From: an uncultured Candidatus Rokubacteria bacterium
Lineage (GTDB): Bacteria; Methylomirabilota; Methylomirabilia; Rokubacteriales; CSP1-6
Direction of reading: 5' to 3'
DNA: 64,000 nt
Assembly: GCA_963762145.1 (NCBI GenBank)
Contig: CAVXJS010000007.1
Coordinates: forward strand, 64,001-128,000
Below the pieces are notes generated by a model. It was not told where the DNA came from. It saw nothing but the letters and a program-made list of their open reading frames with translations, and searched no databases. Positions 48,583 through 58,723 of the stretch are shown here, piece by piece. The translations under genes were made by a program, and so were the position numbers. Numbering within the stretch: position 1 is the first letter of the stretch; each line of letters begins with the position of its first letter.

Positions 48583-49503
48583 CTAGCGTTCGCGCTGCTG
48601 TTCCAGGGCTGGGCGGATTTCCTCGGCGATGATGTCGATCGTTTCGAGGATCGCGGGGTAGGTGCTGTAGCTGACTTCGAGGGCGACGTGTTCGCAGCCG
48701 GCGGTCTGGTACTGGCGGAGCTCGCGGACGATGCTCGTGAGGGGGCCGCGGAGGACGTGGCGGGTGCCCAGCAGCGCGGTGTCCACGGCGGCTTGGTGAA
48801 CTCCATCGATGAGGATCGGGATGCGCAGGCTCAGATGCGGGTCTCCCTCGCGCTTGGCTTCCTTCCAGAGGTTGCCGACCGCGAGCGCGCCCGCGCGGAA
48901 CGTGGACGGGGGCATGCCGGAGGCGTGCCAGCCGTCGCCCAGGCGGGCGGCGCGCCGCATGGCCGCCTCGGAGGCGCCGCCGACGAGGATCGGCGGACGG
49001 GGCTTCTGGAGCGGCATCGGCGAGGCCTTCACATTCGTCAGGGTGTGGTTCGCGGTCTTGATCTCGGGGTATTCCTGGGTCCACACCGTACGGAAGAGCT
49101 CGATGGCCTCGTCGGTGCGACGGCCGCGCTCACGGAACGGGACGTTGAGGGCGTCGAACTCGCCCTCGACCCAGCCCACCGCCACGCCCACGATCAGACG
49201 ACCGCCGGAGAGCACGTCGACGCTGGCGAGGAGCTTGGCCACCGGCAGGGGCGACCGGTAGGGAAGCACGATCACGCTGGTGCCGAGCGCGATGCGCTCG
49301 GTGACGCCGGCCAGCCAGGGCAGCATCGCGAGGGGGTCCAGCATGTCGCTGCGGTAGATCAGCGACACGTCGCGCGGCACGATGACGTGGTCCGTCACCC
49401 AGATGGAATCGAGGCTCATCTCCTCGGCGCGGGCCGCGATCTGGGCGAGCCGCGAGGGCTCGATGGGGCGTCCGTAGTGGGGCAGGCAGATCCCGAGTTT
49501 CAT
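48583..49503 (-). CDS. LLM class (F420-dependent-like) oxidoreductase
   Basis: WVTDHV, LGTSV..LPYR, VDVLSGGR, RRAARLGDGW. Confidence 0.9.
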   Translation of the reverse strand: MKLGICLPHYGRPIEPSRLAQIAARAEEMSLDSIWVTDHVIVPRDVSLIYRSDMLDPLAMLPWLAGVTERIALGTSVIVLPYRSPLPVAKLLASVDVLSGGRLIVGVAVGWVEGEFDALNVPFRERGRRTDEAIELFRTVWTQEYPEIKTANHTLTNVKASPMPLQKPRPPILVGGASEAAMRRAARLGDGWHASGMPPSTFRAGALAVGNLWKEAKREGDPHLSLRIPILIDGVHQAAVDTALLGTRHVLRGPLTSIVRELRQYQTAGCEHVALEVSYSTYPAILETIDIIAEEIRPALEQQRER

Positions 49504-49541
49504 GGGCCGGAGCCTACCACGACCGGGCTCCGTCCGATGAC

Positions 49542-49892
49542 CTAGCGGGTCAGGGAGTCGGTCGCACCGCCTGCCATCGTCGCCGACTCGAGCGGGCCGG
49601 GGTCGGTGGGCTTCGGCAGGTTGCGCGCGATCAGCCGCCAGTAGCGCACCGCCAGCAGGCAGCGCGAGAAGGCTCGCTCGCCCCGCGTGTCGTGGGTGGC
49701 GGCGCGCTCGATGTCCACGTGACCGGACTCGAGGTCGACACTCCGTACCCACGCGGAGAAGGTGGGCGACGTCCGCTGCGCGAAGCTCACACACGTGGTC
49801 ACGTCCGCCCGCGACTCCTCGGCGTGGTCCGGCGGCCAGGCAAATCCACTGCACAGCAAAACGGTGCACGTCAGCACGATGGCCCGGGTCAT
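49542..49892 (-). CDS. Small secreted hypothetical protein
   Basis: AAGGAG RBS, signal peptide, Cys pair (TTCV / FSRCL). Confidence 0.6.
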   Translation of the reverse strand: MTRAIVLTCTVLLCSGFAWPPDHAEESRADVTTCVSFAQRTSPTFSAWVRSVDLESGHVDIERAATHDTRGERAFSRCLLAVRYWRLIARNLPKPTDPGPLESATMAGGATDSLTR

Positions 49893-49921
49893 GGCACGCT
49901 CCTTCCGCGGGCACTCAAAAG

Positions 49922-49937
49922 AGCAAGAGGCACGCCA
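49922..49937 (-). promoter_or_regulatory. Sigma-54 promoter candidate
   Basis: TGGCGTGCCTCTTGCT (GG-N10-GC). Confidence 0.55.
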
Positions 49938-50027
49938 CCGGCGAGCGTCGGAGAATCAGCGGGTTAGCTTGGCGGGGGCGCGACGATGTTGCGTCAGCGC
50001 CAGAAGAACCAGGAAATTTCTGCCCGT

Positions 50028-50335
50028 TCAGCCGTCGAGTCGGGGCGGCTCCGGGAACTGCTGATCTACCAGACGATGATTGCGAAGGCCGATCGCCTCA
50101 CGCTGGATGATCAGGATGCGGCGCGCCTCGAGCGCCCGCGTCCGCGCCTGGCGGTACCGCTCGCGCGCGCGCTCCCGCGCGGCGTCGTCGGGGGCGTCCC
50201 GCATGGCCTCGTGCAGCTCGGCGGCCAGGCGCAGGGCGGCGTCCAGCCGCTCGCCCGCGCGGCCGAGGGTGGCCGCTTTCTCGGCCACGATCTCCTTCTC
50301 GGTCCGCTGGAGCGCTTCTTCTCGCGGTAGTTCAT
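50028..50335 (-). CDS. Small helical hypothetical protein (DUF6665-like), frameshift near 50315
   Basis: EIVAEKAATLGRAGERL...LIIQREAIGLRNH. The family name is from recall and unverified. Confidence 0.6.
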
Positions 50336-50348
50336 GCGAGCCGGAAGC

Positions 50349-51560
50349 TCACTCCGGACCCTCGACGGTGCCCGCCGCGATGAGCTCCGCGATCCGCGCG
50401 TCCTTGTAGCCGAGCACGTCGCGGAGCACCGCGCGCGTGTGCTGGCCCACGTGGTAGGCGGCCGGGCCCCGGGGATGGGTGGGGCGCCCGTCGAGGTGAT
50501 ACGGGCTGGCCGTCACGCGCAGCGAGGGCAGGCCGGGATGGGGCAGCACCGGGAAGAAGCCCCGCGTGGCCAGGTGCTCGGTGGCGATGACCTCCGCCGG
50601 GCGGAGCACCGGGGCGCAGGGGATGCGCGCGGCGGTGAGCACCGCGAGCGCCGCGTCCGTGCTCGGGAACGTGTCGAGCCACCCGGTGATGACCGAGCGC
50701 AGCTCACGCCAGTGCCGCCGGCGCGTGATCGCGGTGGTGAAGCGCGGGTCCTCGGCCAGCTCCGGCCGCTTCATGATCCCGAGGAGCCGCTGCCAGAGCC
50801 GCGGCGCCCCCACGATCTGCATGGCCATGTAGCGATCGCCGAGCTTGTGCACGATCATGCCCGGCCGCGGGTTGCCGTGCTCCTCGCCGCCGTTGAGCAC
50901 CGAGGCGTAGGTCACGCTGTCGGCGCCCACGAGCGCTTCCAGCATCGAGACGTCGAGATGCGCGCCCTGCCCGGTGCGGGCGCGCCGCCAGAGCGCGGCC
51001 ATGATCGCGCCCATCGCGTGGGCGGCGGCCAGGACGTCGGCGGCCTGGAGATTCGAGGCGCGGGGAGCGGCCTCGTCGCCCTGCTCGAGCGCCATCATGC
51101 CGGAGGCGGCGTTGATGATGTGGGCGAACGCGGGGCGTTCCCGCCACGGCCCGGTCTGCCCGAACCCCGAGATCGAGCAGTACACGATGTCGCGCTTCGC
51201 CGCGGCGACCGGCGGATAGTCGAGGCCGAGCTTGCCGGCCACGCCGGGTGCGAAGTTCTCGATGAACACGTCCGCGTGGCCCGCGAGCTCCAGGACCACG
51301 TCGCGGCCGTCGGGGCGGCTCAGATCCACCGCCACGCTCTCCTTGCCCGCGTTCACGCGCGCGAAGTAGGTGGACTGGTCGTCGCGCCCGGCCTCGATCT
51401 GGTGCGGGTTGCGACGCATCTCGTCGCCCTCGATCGGGCGCTCGATCTTGATGACCCGGGCCCCCAGGTCGGACAGCAGGCGCGTGCAGTAGGGGCCGGC
51501 GAGCACGCGGGTCAGATCCACGACCAGCAGGCCGTGCAGCGGCAGGGACGCTTCGCTCAC
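50349..51560 (-). CDS. CoA-transferase family III (CaiB/BaiF)
   Basis: DLTRVLAGPYC, DLGARVIKIE, NAGKES, ENFAPG, SISGFGQTGP, conserved Asp in AADVL. Confidence 0.93.
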   Translation of the reverse strand: MSEASLPLHGLLVVDLTRVLAGPYCTRLLSDLGARVIKIERPIEGDEMRRNPHQIEAGRDDQSTYFARVNAGKESVAVDLSRPDGRDVVLELAGHADVFIENFAPGVAGKLGLDYPPVAAAKRDIVYCSISGFGQTGPWRERPAFAHIINAASGMMALEQGDEAAPRASNLQAADVLAAAHAMGAIMAALWRRARTGQGAHLDVSMLEALVGADSVTYASVLNGGEEHGNPRPGMIVHKLGDRYMAMQIVGAPRLWQRLLGIMKRPELAEDPRFTTAITRRRHWRELRSVITGWLDTFPSTDAALAVLTAARIPCAPVLRPAEVIATEHLATRGFFPVLPHPGLPSLRVTASPYHLDGRPTHPRGPAAYHVGQHTRAVLRDVLGYKDARIAELIAAGTVEGPE

Positions 51561-51593
51561 GAGTCGGGGGTCACGAGTGGGACGGCGCGCGCC

Positions 51594-52244
51594 TCAGGCG
51601 GACTGCACGAGGCCCGTCGGACAGGCGACGCCGGTGCCGCCCACGCCGCAGTAGCCCCACGGATTCTTGGCCAGGTACTGCTGGTGATAGTCCTCGGCGT
51701 AGTAGTACTCGGGCGCCTGCCGGATCTCGGTGGTGATCGGACCGTAGCCCGCCTTCTCGAGCACCGCCTGGTACGCCTTGCGCGAGGCCTCCGCGGCTTC
51801 CTGCTGGGCGGGCCCGTAGCAGTAGATGGCCGAGCGGTACTGCGTCCCCACGTCGTTGCCCTGGCGCATGCCCTGCGTCGGATCGTGGCCCTCCCAGAAG
51901 ACGCGCAGCAGCGACTCGTAGGACACCTTGGTCGGATCGAAGACGACGAGCACGACCTCGGCGTGGCCGGTGGCGCCGCTGCAGACCTCCTCGTAGGTCG
52001 GGTTCGGCGTGTGGCCGCCCGCGTAGCCGACGGAGGTGGAGTAGACGCCCGGGATCCCCCAGAACTTCTTCTCCTCGCCCCAGAAGCACCCCATGCCGAA
52101 GACGGCGCGCTCGGTGCCCTCCGGGAACGGAGGCTCGAGGCGCGCTCCGGTCACGAAGTGGCGCTCGGGGACCGGCATGCGCTCCTGGCGGCCGGGGAGC
52201 GCCTCGGCGGCCGACGGCAAACCGCGCTTCTTCGAACCGAACAT
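51594..52244 (-). CDS. msrA: Peptide-methionine (S)-S-oxide reductase
   Basis: [42 protein letters not shown]. Confidence 0.97.
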   Translation of the reverse strand: MFGSKKRGLPSAAEALPGRQERMPVPERHFVTGARLEPPFPEGTERAVFGMGCFWGEEKKFWGIPGVYSTSVGYAGGHTPNPTYEEVCSGATGHAEVVLVVFDPTKVSYESLLRVFWEGHDPTQGMRQGNDVGTQYRSAIYCYGPAQQEAAEASRKAYQAVLEKAGYGPITTEIRQAPEYYYAEDYHQQYLAKNPWGYCGVGGTGVACPTGLVQSA

Positions 52245-52313
52245 GGTCTGTCCTCCTCCCGGTAGAGCCTACATCAGGGCGGCCGCCGAGGCCACTCTGC
52301 TATGCTCGTCGGC

Positions 52314-53252
52314 ATGAGCGAGCGCGACTGGAACTGGGCGCGGCAGCTGCACGGGATCGTTCCCCCGCTGATCTCGCCGCTGGACGACGCGGGCGCGACG
52401 GACGCGGGGGCCATGGCCGCGCTGGTGGACCACGTGATCGGCGGCGGTTGCTCCGGCCTGTTCATGCTGGGCGGCTGCGGCGAGGGCGCCTGGCTGACCA
52501 CCGCGCAGCGCGGGGCGGTGGTGCGGGCGGCCGCCCGCGCCGCCACCGGGCGCGCCCCGGTGCTGGCGGGCGTGATGCTGCCCGCCACCGGGCCCGCCGT
52601 CGAGGCCGCCCGCCAGGCCGCGGGCGAGGGCGCGGACGCGCTCGTGGTCGGCTCGCCCTACTACTTCGGGGTGGAGTCCGCCGCGCAGGAGCGGCACGTG
52701 GAAGCGGTGCTGGCCGCCACGCCGCTGCCCGCCCTCCTCTACAACATTCCGCAGTGCACGCACCACGTGTTGCCCGCCGACACGGTGGGGCGCCTGGCCC
52801 GGGATCCGCGCGTGCTCGGCATCAAGGACTCGGCGGGCGATTTCGAGGCGTTTCAGAAGCTGCTCGCGGTCAAGCGAGAGCACCCGCGCTTCCGCGTGCT
52901 GCAGGGCCACGAGTCGCTCGCCGCCGCGAGCCTCCTGCAGGGCGGCGACGGCATGGTGCCGGGCATGGCCAACCTCGCGCCGGCGCTCTTCGTCCGCCTG
53001 CAGGCCGCCGCCGACCGCGGCGCGGCGGCGGAGTGCGCGGAGCTGCAGCGGCAGGTCACCGCGATCGCGCGGATCTACCCGCAGGGGCCGTGGCTGTCCG
53101 CGCTGAAGGCGGCGTGCGCGATGCTCGGGCTGGGCAACGGCCGCCCGGCGCCGCCCCTCGCGCCCGCCGGGCCCGCCGCCCGCGAGGCGATCGCGGCCCT
53201 CCTGGCCGAGGCGGGCCTGGGCGCGGCCGCGGACGTCGCCCGCGCCCGGTGA
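52314..53252 (+). CDS. Dihydrodipicolinate synthase family protein
   Basis: GIVPPLISP, GGCGEG, LYNIP, GIKDS. Confidence 0.88.
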   Translation: MSERDWNWARQLHGIVPPLISPLDDAGATDAGAMAALVDHVIGGGCSGLFMLGGCGEGAWLTTAQRGAVVRAAARAATGRAPVLAGVMLPATGPAVEAARQAAGEGADALVVGSPYYFGVESAAQERHVEAVLAATPLPALLYNIPQCTHHVLPADTVGRLARDPRVLGIKDSAGDFEAFQKLLAVKREHPRFRVLQGHESLAAASLLQGGDGMVPGMANLAPALFVRLQAAADRGAAAECAELQRQVTAIARIYPQGPWLSALKAACAMLGLGNGRPAPPLAPAGPAAREAIAALLAEAGLGAAADVARAR

Positions 53253-53887
53253 AGGTCCAGGCCGTCGTCTTCGACATGGACGGCGTGCTCGTGGACTCGG
53301 AGCCCTTCGGCTTCGAGGCACTGCGCCGGGTGATGGCCCGCTACGGGCTCGGGTACTCGGAGGAAGAGAACGCGGAGTTTCTCGGCCGCACCACGCTCGA
53401 GTCGTGCCGCATCCTGAAGGCCCGCCACGCGCTGCCGGACTCGGCGGAGGCGCTCGCCGGATTCTACATCGATGGCATGCTCGAGCAGATCGGGAACGGC
53501 CCGATCCCCATGCCGGGCGTGCCCCACGTGCTGGAGCGGGTGCGGGCCGCGGGATACCGCCTGGCCCTGGCCTCGTCCGCGGAGGTGCGGGTGATCCAGG
53601 CCAATCTCACCGCGCTCGCGCTCGCGCCGCTCTTCGAGGCGGTGGTCTCCGGCACCCAGGTGGCGCGCGGCAAGCCCGCCCCCGACGTGTTCCTCGCCGC
53701 GGCCGAGCGGCTCGCGGTCGCGCCCGATCGGTGCCTCGTCATCGAGGACTCGCGCAACGGCCTGCTGGCGGCCAAGGCGGCGGGCATGGCCTGCGCGGTG
53801 GTGCCGTGCGCGCACACCCGTCACCAGGATTTCCGCGAGGCGGACCATCGCCTGGCCGCGCTTCCCGATCTCCTGACGCTCCTCTAG
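53249..53887 (+). CDS. HAD family phosphatase
   Basis: FDMDGVLVDSE, ASS, GKPAPD, IEDS. Confidence 0.92.
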   Translation: MKVQAVVFDMDGVLVDSEPFGFEALRRVMARYGLGYSEEENAEFLGRTTLESCRILKARHALPDSAEALAGFYIDGMLEQIGNGPIPMPGVPHVLERVRAAGYRLALASSAEVRVIQANLTALALAPLFEAVVSGTQVARGKPAPDVFLAAAERLAVAPDRCLVIEDSRNGLLAAKAAGMACAVVPCAHTRHQDFREADHRLAALPDLLTLL

Positions 53888-53893
53888 CTTTTC

Positions 53894-53962
53894 GCAGGCC
53901 GCTCAAAAAGGTCCAGATGCGAGGGCGCCAACGAAGCAGATGGGCCTTTTTCAGCAGCCGGC
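53894..53962. repeat. Short MITE-like element with imperfect inverted ends
   Basis: GCAGGCCGCTCAAAAAGGTCCA ... TGGGCCTTTTTCAGCAGCCGGC (18/22 complementary), between convergent genes and flanked by CTAG. Confidence 0.65.
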
Positions 53963-54678
53963 TAGATCTGCTTGAGGAGGAAGGCGGCGCGGCTCATCCG
54001 CCGCTCGATCGCCGCGACGTAGCGGCGATAGGCCGCGCTGGTCGCGCCGGGATGCCACCCGCTCGGATTCGGCAGCGCGGCGGCAAGCTGGGCCGCCTCG
54101 CCGTCGTCGAGATCCGCGGGCGCCTTGCCGAAGTAGTGCTGGCTCGCCGCGCCCACCCCGTAGACGCCCGGCCCGAGCTCGACCACGTTCAGATACAGCT
54201 CGAGAATGCGCCGCTTGGAGAGCGCGCGCTCGAGCTGCCAGGTCAGGAGCGCTTCCTTGCCCTTGCGCAGCGGATTGCGTGACGGAGAGAGCCAGAGGTT
54301 CTTGGCGAGCTGCTGGGTGATGGTGGACGCCCCGCGCGGCAGCTCGCGGTCGCGCAGCGCGTCCTCGAGGGCGTTCTGCATCTCGGTGAGCGCGAAGCCG
54401 CGGTGGGAGAAGAAGCCGATGTCCTCGGCCACCAGCACCGCGCGCTTGAGCGCGGGCGAGATCGCGGCGTACGGCGTCCAGGTCCAGGCGACGCGGGCGG
54501 GCCGGCCCGCGGCGCGCTGCTGGGCGCGGTAGCGCTCGATGAACGCGGTGGTCGCGGGACGCTCGGTGGCGAGGCGGGCCACCGCGGGCCAGCGCCAGAT
54601 CTCGACCCCGATCCAGATCGCGACCGCCAGCAGCACGAAGGCGGCCAGCCGGCCCGCCCATCCCCGTCGCCTGCGCAT
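53962..54678 (-). CDS. mtgA: Monofunctional biosynthetic peptidoglycan transglycosylase
   Basis: AED..FFSH.GF, RGASTITQQLAKNL, RKGKE, KRRILELYLNVVE, LPNP. Confidence 0.93.
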   Translation of the reverse strand: MRRRRGWAGRLAAFVLLAVAIWIGVEIWRWPAVARLATERPATTAFIERYRAQQRAAGRPARVAWTWTPYAAISPALKRAVLVAEDIGFFSHRGFALTEMQNALEDALRDRELPRGASTITQQLAKNLWLSPSRNPLRKGKEALLTWQLERALSKRRILELYLNVVELGPGVYGVGAASQHYFGKAPADLDDGEAAQLAAALPNPSGWHPGATSAAYRRYVAAIERRMSRAAFLLKQI

Positions 54679-54701
54679 GGCCCATGGTATCGTGGTGGGC
54701 C

Positions 54702-55868
54702 GTGGACGCCCTCAAGCAAGGCATCGCGGAGTCGGTGGACGGGCTGGGCGACGAGCTCGCCGCGCTGTCGTCTCGGATCCACGCCCATCCCGAGCTGGCC
54801 TTCGAGGAGCGGCGCGCCTGCGGCTGGGTCGGCGAGTTCCTCGCCCGGCAGGGCTTCCAGGTGGAGACGGGCGTCGGCGGCGTCGAGACCGCGTTTCGCG
54901 CGACCCTCGACGCGGGCCCGGGGCCCACGCTCGCGATCCTCTGCGAGTACGACGCGCTGCCCGGCATCGGCCACGCCTGCGGGCACAACGTCATCGCCGC
55001 GGCGGGCGCCGGCGCGGGCGCCGCGCTGATGGCGGTGCGCGACCGCCTGCCGGGCGGGCGCATCCAGGTGATCGGCACGCCCGCCGAGGAGCGGGGCGGG
55101 GGCAAGGGCGTGCTCGTGGGCGCGGGCGTCTTCGAGGGCGTGGACGCCGCGATGATGATCCACGGCTTCGATCGCACCCTGCTCCACCAGGACCTGCTCG
55201 GCGTCGTACGCGTGACGTTCGAGTGGGCGGGCCGCGCCGCCCACGCGTCGACCGATCCCTGGGAGGGCGTGAACGCCCTCGACGCCTGCGTCGCGACCTT
55301 CAACGCGGTGGCCATGCTTCGCCAGCAGATGCGGCCCGACTGCCGCATCCACGGTGTCGTCGCGGATGGGGGCGCCGCCGCCAACATCATCCCGGAGCGC
55401 GCGGTCGCCGACTTCAACGTGCGCGGCCCGAGCCTCGACGCGATGTGGGCGCTCTACCGGCGCGTGGTGGCCGCCGCGGAGGCCGCGGCCACCGCCACGT
55501 CCACCCGGCTCACCGCCTTCCAGCACCCCGACGTCTACGAGCCGCTGCGGTGCAACCGGGCGCTCAACGAGGTCTTCGCGGGTAACCTGGCCGCCGCCGG
55601 GCTGGCCGAAGGCCCGGCCGCGCCCGATCGCCTCGCCTCCTCGGATATCGGCAACGTGAGCCAGGTCACGCCGACCATCCATGCCTGGGTGGCCATCGCG
55701 CCCCTGGGGACCGCGATCCACACCCGCGAGTTCGCCGCCGCCGCGGCGGCGCCGGGCGCGCGGGCGGGACTGCTCGCGGGCGCCAAGCTCATGGCGCTCA
55801 GCGCGGCGGATCTGCTCGCCGCGCCGTCCCGGCTCGCGGCCGTGAAGGAGGAGTTCCGGCGCCGGTGA
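54702..55868 (+). CDS. M20 family amidohydrolase (PM20D2/Acy1L2-like)
   Basis: HPELAFEE, EYDALPGIGHACGHN, GTPAEE, GVNALD, SSDIGNVS. Confidence 0.92.
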   Translation: MDALKQGIAESVDGLGDELAALSSRIHAHPELAFEERRACGWVGEFLARQGFQVETGVGGVETAFRATLDAGPGPTLAILCEYDALPGIGHACGHNVIAAAGAGAGAALMAVRDRLPGGRIQVIGTPAEERGGGKGVLVGAGVFEGVDAAMMIHGFDRTLLHQDLLGVVRVTFEWAGRAAHASTDPWEGVNALDACVATFNAVAMLRQQMRPDCRIHGVVADGGAAANIIPERAVADFNVRGPSLDAMWALYRRVVAAAEAAATATSTRLTAFQHPDVYEPLRCNRALNEVFAGNLAAAGLAEGPAAPDRLASSDIGNVSQVTPTIHAWVAIAPLGTAIHTREFAAAAAAPGARAGLLAGAKLMALSAADLLAAPSRLAAVKEEFRRR

Positions 55869-57202
55869 AGAGCCGGCTCGCGCTCTGGGCGGTGGCGGCG
55901 GTTCTCACGGTCGCCGTCGTCGGCCTCAGCTTGCGCTTCGTGGATCCGTTCCCACCCACCCGGATCGTGCTGGCCACCGGTCAGCCGGGCGGCGCTTACG
56001 ACGCGTTCGGCCGCGAGTACCAGCGGCGCCTCGAGCGGGAAGGCCTGCGCGTGGAGCTCCGGCCGTCCGCGGGCTCCGTCGAGAACCTGGAGCGGTTGAT
56101 GCGCGGCGAGGTGGACGTGGCCTTCGTGCAGGGCGGCACGTACCCGCTCGCCAAGGACGTGGACGGCCGGCTGCGCGGGCTGGCCGCGCTCTACCGCGAG
56201 CCGCTCTGGATCTTCCATCGCGGCAAGACGCTCAGGGATGATCTGGGCGGCTTGGCCGGCCGCCGCGTCGCGGTCGGCGCGCCCGGCAGCGGCACCGAGG
56301 CCATCACGCGGGCGCTGCTCGAGGCGGTCGGCCTGCCCGCCACGGGCCCGAATCTCCTGAGCCTGCCCGCGGCCGAGGCGCGCGCGCAGCTCGAGAGCGG
56401 CGCGATCGACGCGGCCTTCTTCGTGTCCTCCTACCGCGACACGAACGTCGCGGCGCTGTTGCGCCGGCCCGACGTCCACCTGCTGAGCGTTCAGCGCGAA
56501 GCCGCCTTCGCCGGCAACTTTCGCTATCTCTCCGCGGTGCGGATCCCCCCGGGGCTGCTCGATCTCAAGGCCGACCTGCCGAGGGAGCCGATCACGGTGA
56601 TGGCGCCCGCGGCGCTGCTGGTCGGCCGCGAGACCCTCCATCCCCGCGCGGTCGAGCAGATCCTCTCGGTGGCCCAGGCGGTGCACGGCGGAGGGAGCCT
56701 GCTCGATCCGCCCGGGCGGTTTCCCACGCGCGAGGGCGTGGACGTCCCCCTGCACGACGCGGCGGATTCCTACCTGGTGCGCGGAGAGTCGTTTCTCTCC
56801 CGCGTCCTGCCCTATTGGGCGCTCCGGTGGGTGCTGCAGCTCCGCCTGCTCCTGCTGCCCCTGGTCGCGATCTGGGTGCCGCTCTTCAAGATCCTGCCGT
56901 GGCTGCTGAGGTGGCGCGGCAACCGGGTGATCGAGCGGCACTATGCGCTGCTGCGAGCCACGGAGGCCGCCGTCGCGACGGCGCCGGGGCCGGACGCGCT
57001 CCGACGGGAAGTCGAGCAGCTCGAGTCACTGCGCCGCCAGGTCGAGGGCCTGGCCCAGAGCCTCTCGCTGCCGCACCAGCGCGACGTCTATCACTGCCGC
57101 ATGCACGTCGCGCTCGCGCTGGAGGAAGCCCGCGCCCGCCTCGGGGGTGCGGAAAAAGGCCCATCGGCCTCGCTGGGACCCTCGGCCGCACGCTCAACGT
57201 AG
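55865..57202 (+). CDS. TAXI family TRAP solute-binding protein with C-terminal membrane extension
   Basis: ATGQPGGAY, GSVENL, FVQGG, YREPLW, GAPGSGT, then a hydrophobic helix and a helical tail. Confidence 0.87.
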   Translation: MKSRLALWAVAAVLTVAVVGLSLRFVDPFPPTRIVLATGQPGGAYDAFGREYQRRLEREGLRVELRPSAGSVENLERLMRGEVDVAFVQGGTYPLAKDVDGRLRGLAALYREPLWIFHRGKTLRDDLGGLAGRRVAVGAPGSGTEAITRALLEAVGLPATGPNLLSLPAAEARAQLESGAIDAAFFVSSYRDTNVAALLRRPDVHLLSVQREAAFAGNFRYLSAVRIPPGLLDLKADLPREPITVMAPAALLVGRETLHPRAVEQILSVAQAVHGGGSLLDPPGRFPTREGVDVPLHDAADSYLVRGESFLSRVLPYWALRWVLQLRLLLLPLVAIWVPLFKILPWLLRWRGNRVIERHYALLRATEAAVATAPGPDALRREVEQLESLRRQVEGLAQSLSLPHQRDVYHCRMHVALALEEARARLGGAEKGPSASLGPSAARST

Positions 57203-57231
57203 GCCCTCGGACCTGGACGGTCGGGACGCGT

Positions 57232-57867
57232 CTAGCGGTGGCGACCGCGGGCGGAGATCACGCCCGCGCGCGAGGAGCGGAAGCGCCGGCGGGCGCGGCG
57301 CCGAGCAACCTGGCGATGGGCCCGATCGCCGACGAACACGAGGCCCAGGCCGATACAGAAGCCGGCGAGCCCGATCCAGACCGCGGGCAGACTGCCGACC
57401 AGCCGCACCCCGAGCATCTCGACCGTCCGCTCGCCGCCGCTGCCCGCGGAGCCGGCCAGGCGCGTGCCGGCTACGACGAAGGAGAGCAAGGTGGCCAGCG
57501 GCAGGATCACGCCCTGCACCCCGATGGCCAGGCAGGCCCGCGTCATGGCCCGGCGCAGCAGCGGGGCGCGCCCGATGAACAGCATCGCGACCACCGACGC
57601 CACCGCCCAGATCGCGACGATCTCGGGCCTGGCCAACGTGCCGGGCTTGCCCGCGTTGACGACGGTGGCGACCACGAGCAGCGACGCCGCGCCCGCCGCG
57701 GTCCCGCCGACCAGGGTCGCGACGGCCTTCGCGAGACGGCGCGGCCAGCGCGGCCGGCTTCGGCGCAACCCCGTGGGCGTTTCCCTGAGGAGCAGCCGCC
57801 AGAGCACGAGGCTGGCGACCAGGTAGACGACGAGGCCGACCAGCACCAGGGCATTGGTGCCGGGCAT
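57232..57867 (-). CDS. Hypothetical multi-TM membrane protein
   Basis: Five hydrophobic segments with Arg-rich loops. Confidence 0.6.
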   Translation of the reverse strand: MPGTNALVLVGLVVYLVASLVLWRLLLRETPTGLRRSRPRWPRRLAKAVATLVGGTAAGAASLLVVATVVNAGKPGTLARPEIVAIWAVASVVAMLFIGRAPLLRRAMTRACLAIGVQGVILPLATLLSFVVAGTRLAGSAGSGGERTVEMLGVRLVGSLPAVWIGLAGFCIGLGLVFVGDRAHRQVARRRARRRFRSSRAGVISARGRHR

Positions 57868-57872
57868 GCGGG

Positions 57873-58712
57873 CTAGGGGGCCTTCCAGATCACCCGTTCG
57901 GAGGCGTCGCCGAGGGCCAGTCTCGGCACGCCGCCCTGCTGCAGGAGCATCGCCACGCGCTGCTTGCCGTCACGATCGTGCAGGCTGAGGAATGGAAGCT
58001 GGAAGTCCGCGCTCACGCGCAGCCAGAGCCGTCCCTTGCCTGCGGTGTCGCTGAGATTGAGCGTGGGCTGCCCGTCGCCGGTGACCGCGAGCATGGCGCG
58101 GCCGTTGCCGTCGACGTCGTAGAGCCACAGCGCGGGCGCCCCCGCCGGCTCCGTCCCCATCGCGCTGCGTCGCCGGCCGTTGCGGTCGTAGAGCGTGAGC
58201 CCGGTCGCGCCCTCGGCGGTGAGGGCGAGCAGCGACCGGGGGCGGCCGCCCTGGTCCAGCAGGGCGAGGCTGGGGCGGCCGTCGCTGTGTGACTTGAGCT
58301 CCACGCGGGGCCGGTCGGTCTGGTCGAGCAGGGTGAGCAGGGCCGAACCGTCCGCGCGCACGCCCAGGCCCGCGCGCAGGTGCCCGGCGCGGTCGGAGAG
58401 GTCGACGGCCGCCTGGCCGGGCGCGGTGACGCTCAGCACCGCGCGGTCCTGCTGGGTGTCGTCGGCCAGCGCCAGGACCGCGGTGCCGTCCGGGCGCAGG
58501 CCGAGGGTGGCCCGCACGTTGCCCGCGTTGTCGCGGAGCACGAAGCGCTCGGCCTCGAGCGTGTTGGCCACCGGGGCGGGGGCGGTCTGGCCCATCACGG
58601 TCAGGGCGCCGAGTCCGAGCAGCACGAGGCCGCCCAGGAGCTTGAGCCGCCGGTTCTCGCGCTCCAGGCGATCGAGCCGTCGCGTGAGGTGGTCGGAGAT
58701 GGGTTCGCTCAC
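57873..58712 (-). CDS. Membrane-anchored protein with about nine 23-aa repeats
   Basis: AGGAGG RBS, coiled coil LDRLERENRRLK, TM, repeats LxLxDxxGxxRxxLxxxxxGxP. Confidence 0.8.
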   Translation of the reverse strand: MSEPISDHLTRRLDRLERENRRLKLLGGLVLLGLGALTVMGQTAPAPVANTLEAERFVLRDNAGNVRATLGLRPDGTAVLALADDTQQDRAVLSVTAPGQAAVDLSDRAGHLRAGLGVRADGSALLTLLDQTDRPRVELKSHSDGRPSLALLDQGGRPRSLLALTAEGATGLTLYDRNGRRRSAMGTEPAGAPALWLYDVDGNGRAMLAVTGDGQPTLNLSDTAGKGRLWLRVSADFQLPFLSLHDRDGKQRVAMLLQQGGVPRLALGDASERVIWKAP

Positions 58713-58723
58713 GTCGAGTCCTC

